Positions 60,276 through 64,000 of a DNA stretch of 64,000 nucleotides are shown one piece after another. The translations under genes were made by a program, and so were the position numbers. The DNA lies in contig CM061254.1 of assembly GCA_022605425.2 (NCBI GenBank), forward strand, positions 434,001-498,000. The letters run 5' to 3'. Each line of letters starts with the position of its first letter. The first letter of the stretch is position 1. The notes beneath the pieces were generated by a model, which was not told the origin of the DNA, did not search any database, and worked only from the letters and a program-made list of their open reading frames with translations. This DNA is from Hamiltosporidium tvaerminnensis FI-OER-3-3 (taxonomy: Eukaryota > Fungi > Microsporidia).

Positions 60276-62630
60276 ATGACATTAAAAAAATATTTAAAGA
60301 ATTCATTTACAAAAAAATCTACAAAAAAAATACCAAAGAGTGAAAAGTTGTACAATTTACAAGAAATAATTATGAAAGTAAAAGAAAAAGAAGTATCTGA
60401 AGAAGGATGTTTTAAAAATACAATTTTAAATGTAAATGAAGAAAATAATGTAAGAGATAATAGTTTGAGAGATAATGTAAGGGATAATGAAATATATGAC
60501 AATATAAGTAGAGATAATAGTTTGAGAGATAATGTAAGGAATAATGAAATATATGACAATATAAGTAGAGATAATGTAAGGGATAATGAAATATATGACA
60601 ATATAAGTAGAGATAATAGTTTGAGAGATAATGTAAGGGATAATGAAATAGATGATATTGAAATGAAGAATAATAGAAGTAGAGATAATGTAAGAGATAA
60701 TCAAGTAGATGATATTAAAATAAATGATATTGACATAAATGATATTGAAATAAATGATATTGAAATAAATGACAATAGAAGGAAAAACCCTATAATTTTT
60801 CAAGATAATAAAAATATTAAAACATTTATTAGTGAAAATAACGAAGAAATAAAAATCAATAAAGAAAAATGTTTCAAAAATAATGATAATATTAAGAATA
60901 AATCTTTTTATAACCAAATATATTCCAATATTATACTAAATAACCAAGATTCAGTTATAAATAAAGAATTTAAAAATACAATTAATATAAACCAATATAA
61001 TAATAATAAAATAGATAAAGACCAAGTTTTAAATAACGAATCTCAATATAAATTAAAAAATGAAAATAAAATGTTAGAAATATTTAATTCAGTAGATTTA
61101 GAAACCAATTCAATTAAAAACCAAGAATCAGATAAAAATCAAGAATTAAGTAAAATTCAAGAATTAAATAAAAAACAAGATCAAGATAAAAAACAAGAAT
61201 TAAGTAAAATTCAAGAATTGAGTAAAATTTACTCTTCAAAAGAAAATCAAGAATTAAATAAAAATCAAGAATTAATTAAAAAACAAGAATTAAGTAAAAT
61301 TTACTTTCCAACAGAAAATCAAGAATTAATTAAAAATCAAGAATTAATTAAAAATCAAGAATTAATTAAAAATCAAGAATTAATTAAAAATCAAGAATTA
61401 AATAAAAAACAAGATCAAGATCAAATACATGAATTAATTAAAAAACAAGAAGAATCATTAAAAGAAAGAAGAACAAAAATACAATCATTAAAAGAAGTAC
61501 CTTTACTTCCATGTCCAATCTATACAAAATTATATTTACCAGAAATATTTAAAAAAATGATAAAACTGTACAATTCTTTACTTACTGTATACAGATTTAA
61601 TAAAGACAAAGGTTTAAACACAATATTTATTAAATCTTTAAAATCTATTGAAGATATGTGTAATTTCAAAATATCACAATCTTTTATTGAACAGTTGTAT
61701 TATATAAGTAGGGAATGTTTTATATTTAGAAAAGTTAAAATACAACATTTTTCTAAATATGTTGATTCTTTTACTTTTGAATGTCTCAAAGATAAAAATT
61801 ATTTTAATCAAAGTGTTTATAAATATTATAGAAATACATATAAAAATAATGAAATAATTCCACGAAAATCTTTATTTGAAAAAGAAATTGGTAAAAGTAT
61901 TATTTTTGAAAATAAAACAGAAGTTAAAGAATTTATAGATTTTGAAAAAGAAATTGATAAAAGTATTATTAATTCCTTTAATAAAATAGAAGAGAATATC
62001 AAAGATAATGATCAAACGGATAAAAGTATAATAAATTCCTTTAATAAAATAGAAGAGAATATCAAAGATAATGATCAAACGGATAAAAGTATTATTAATT
62101 CCTTTAATAAAATAGAAGAGAATATCAAATTAAATTCCATCACTCAGATTGAAAATCTAAAAAATAAATCAAAAAACATTTTTTTAAAAATACCTGATTT
62201 ATCAGAAAATAGAAATTTAGAAAAATCAGAAAATAAAAATTTAGAAAAATCAGAAAATAAAAACTTAGAAGACATAAAATCAGAAAACATAAAATCAGCA
62301 AACAAAAACATAAAATCAGAAAACTTAGAAAAAAAATTACTTTCACAGAAGACAAAAGATATTCTAGAAAGAATACAAGAAAAAGAAAGAAAAAGAAGAG
62401 AATCTTTTATAAAACAATGCTCAGATGATGATTTATTAAAAGAAATTAAATATAAAATTGATACGTATTTTTCTACAACCAATAAAAAAAGTGTACCTAT
62501 TGAAGATATTATTAGTGTTCTTTGTATATTTCAAGGATATTCTGTACTTCTTAAATTGTGTTCTAAATTTCAAGATATTTATTTTATTAAAGAAATACAA
62601 GGAATAGAATATTTGATAAAAAAGAAGTAA
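60276..62630 (+). CDS. CDT1: DNA replication licensing factor Cdt1, inflated by tandem peptide repeats
   Basis: LPEIFKKMIKLYNSLLTVYRF....NTIFIKSLKSIEDMCNFKISQSFIEQLYYI..CFIF parallels the Cdt1 middle winged helix (LPYKY..L...F..MDT.....TF..V...V..M....F....GQI). ILERIQEKE matches the LLERIRAKE motif. CCC upstream. Confidence 0.78.
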   Translation: MTLKKYLKNSFTKKSTKKIPKSEKLYNLQEIIMKVKEKEVSEEGCFKNTILNVNEENNVRDNSLRDNVRDNEIYDNISRDNSLRDNVRNNEIYDNISRDNVRDNEIYDNISRDNSLRDNVRDNEIDDIEMKNNRSRDNVRDNQVDDIKINDIDINDIEINDIEINDNRRKNPIIFQDNKNIKTFISENNEEIKINKEKCFKNNDNIKNKSFYNQIYSNIILNNQDSVINKEFKNTININQYNNNKIDKDQVLNNESQYKLKNENKMLEIFNSVDLETNSIKNQESDKNQELSKIQELNKKQDQDKKQELSKIQELSKIYSSKENQELNKNQELIKKQELSKIYFPTENQELIKNQELIKNQELIKNQELIKNQELNKKQDQDQIHELIKKQEESLKERRTKIQSLKEVPLLPCPIYTKLYLPEIFKKMIKLYNSLLTVYRFNKDKGLNTIFIKSLKSIEDMCNFKISQSFIEQLYYISRECFIFRKVKIQHFSKYVDSFTFECLKDKNYFNQSVYKYYRNTYKNNEIIPRKSLFEKEIGKSIIFENKTEVKEFIDFEKEIDKSIINSFNKIEENIKDNDQTDKSIINSFNKIEENIKDNDQTDKSIINSFNKIEENIKLNSITQIENLKNKSKNIFLKIPDLSENRNLEKSENKNLEKSENKNLEDIKSENIKSANKNIKSENLEKKLLSQKTKDILERIQEKERKRRESFIKQCSDDDLLKEIKYKIDTYFSTTNKKSVPIEDIISVLCIFQGYSVLLKLCSKFQDIYFIKEIQGIEYLIKKK

Positions 62631-62782
62631 ATTTATATGAAAATAAATGTTTTAGTAGATTATTAAAGAAATACAAGGAATAGAATATTTGATAAAAAAG
62701 AAGTAAATTTATATGAAAATAAATGTTTTAGTAGATTATTAAAGAAATACAAGGAATAGAATATTTGATAAAAAAGAAGTAA
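62584..62782. repeat. 76-bp tandem triplication spanning the CDT1 stop codon
   Basis: TTATTAAAGAAATACAAGGAATAGAATATTTGATAAAAAAGAAGTAAA recurs with period 76 (reference G at 62592, 62668, 62744). Confidence 0.92.
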
Positions 62783-62929
62783 AATTTAATGTAAATAATA
62801 GAATATTAAGATAAAAAAGAATTATTATATGAAATATAATAATTGATATGAAAGATGTGAAAATAAATTTTTAAGATTAAAAAATGTAAACTTGGTTTTA
62901 ATTTGTAGATTAGAATTTTATTTTCTTTC

Positions 62930-63415
62930 TAAAATATAAATCTTAAATCATTTTATAAGTAAAGTAAATGATTTGTAGATCAGTATCTTTCTTTTAATAA
63001 ATATAAATCTTAAATCATTTTATAAGTAAAGTAAATGATTTGTAGATCAGTATCTTTCTTTTAATAAATATTTTTTTATTTTTTTTATAAACTATAAATC
63101 ATTTATCATTTTATAATCTCTAAGTAAATAATTTGATAATCTCTAAGTAAATAATTTTATAATCTCTAAGTAAATAATTTGATAATCTTTAAGTAAATAA
63201 TAAAAATAATTGAAATTAAATCATATCTTAAATCATTTTATAAGAAAGTAAATAAAAATTTAAAAAAATAATAAAAATAATTGAAATTAAATTATATCTT
63301 AAATCATTTTATAAGAAAGTAAATAAAAATTTAAAAAAATAATAAAAATAATTGAAATTCAATTATATCTTAAATCATTTTATAAGAAAGTAAATAAAAA
63401 TTTAAAAAAATATTT
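62930..63415. repeat. Cluster of AT-rich tandem repeats with periods of about 67, 23 and 71 bp
   Basis: GATCAG at 62978/63045; ATAATCTCTAAGTAAATAATTT repeated four times; GAAAG at 63244/63315/63386. Confidence 0.85.
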
Positions 63416-63539
63416 TTAATCTATAAATTTATATAAAATATTAAGTATAAAATAATTGATTCTTACAATTTTAATTTTTTTGATTTTAAAATATTTATAA
63501 GTATATTTATAAAGATTTGTAATAATATGTAAAGGGATG

Positions 63540-63800
63540 CTAAGGATTAAGGATATATTTCATTTCTAAGGATTAAAGATAATATTCTATTTCTAAGGAT
63601 TAAAGATAATATTCTATCTCTAAGGATTAAGGATAATATTCTATTTCTAAGAATACAAGATATATTTCATTTCTAAGGATTAAAGATAATATTCTATTTC
63701 TAAGGATTAAGGATAATATTCTATTTCTAAGGATTAAGGATAATATTCTATTTCTAAGGATTAAGGATAATATTCTATTTCTAAGATTTAAAGATAATAT
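63540..63800. repeat. 27-bp minisatellite (CTAAGGATTAAGGATAATATTCTATTT)n, about 10 copies
   Basis: Directly visible tandem array with variants. Confidence 0.93.
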
Positions 63801-64000
63801 TTTAGATATTAACTAAATTAAAATCTAGATATTAAATAAATTAAAAAATACTTTAAAGAAACTTAATATAATAATAATTTAAGATTATAATTTTATATAA
63901 ATCAAAGCTTAAATATAACCTGAAATGTAAAATACTTAAAAGTAACTTAATAGAAATCAAGATATTAAATTAGAAATAAGAATCTGATAATAAAATTATA

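Overview
Very AT-rich eukaryotic DNA that looks microsporidian: apparently intronless compact genes, CCC motifs just upstream of many start codons, a secreted ricin-B-lectin-like protein and divergent fungal-type housekeeping genes. The taxon call is inference. The window has two parts. (1) About 1-34 kb is a gene-poor accessory zone with five same-strand paralogs of an uncharacterised ~270-aa multi-pass membrane protein (two disrupted), one signal-anchored protein and decayed retroelement debris. (2) About 35-63 kb is a core-gene zone: ricin-like protein, DUF2439 protein, Pcf11, Med31, Vps45, a type I membrane protein, a Sec12-like protein, a Mug60/YLL032C-like KH protein, an ABCG half-transporter and Cdt1. 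It is interspersed with minisatellites and RLE-type non-LTR retrotransposon fragments. The main finding is a ~730-nt non-coding, GC-richer, apparently highly structured element present four times. Three copies are full length and one is 5'-truncated. Three copies have target-site duplications (14, 9 and 16 bp). There is no tRNA head and no poly(A) tail, which points to an unusual SINE-like mobile RNA. A second oddity is 76-77-bp tandem duplications straddling the stop codons of three unrelated housekeeping genes.
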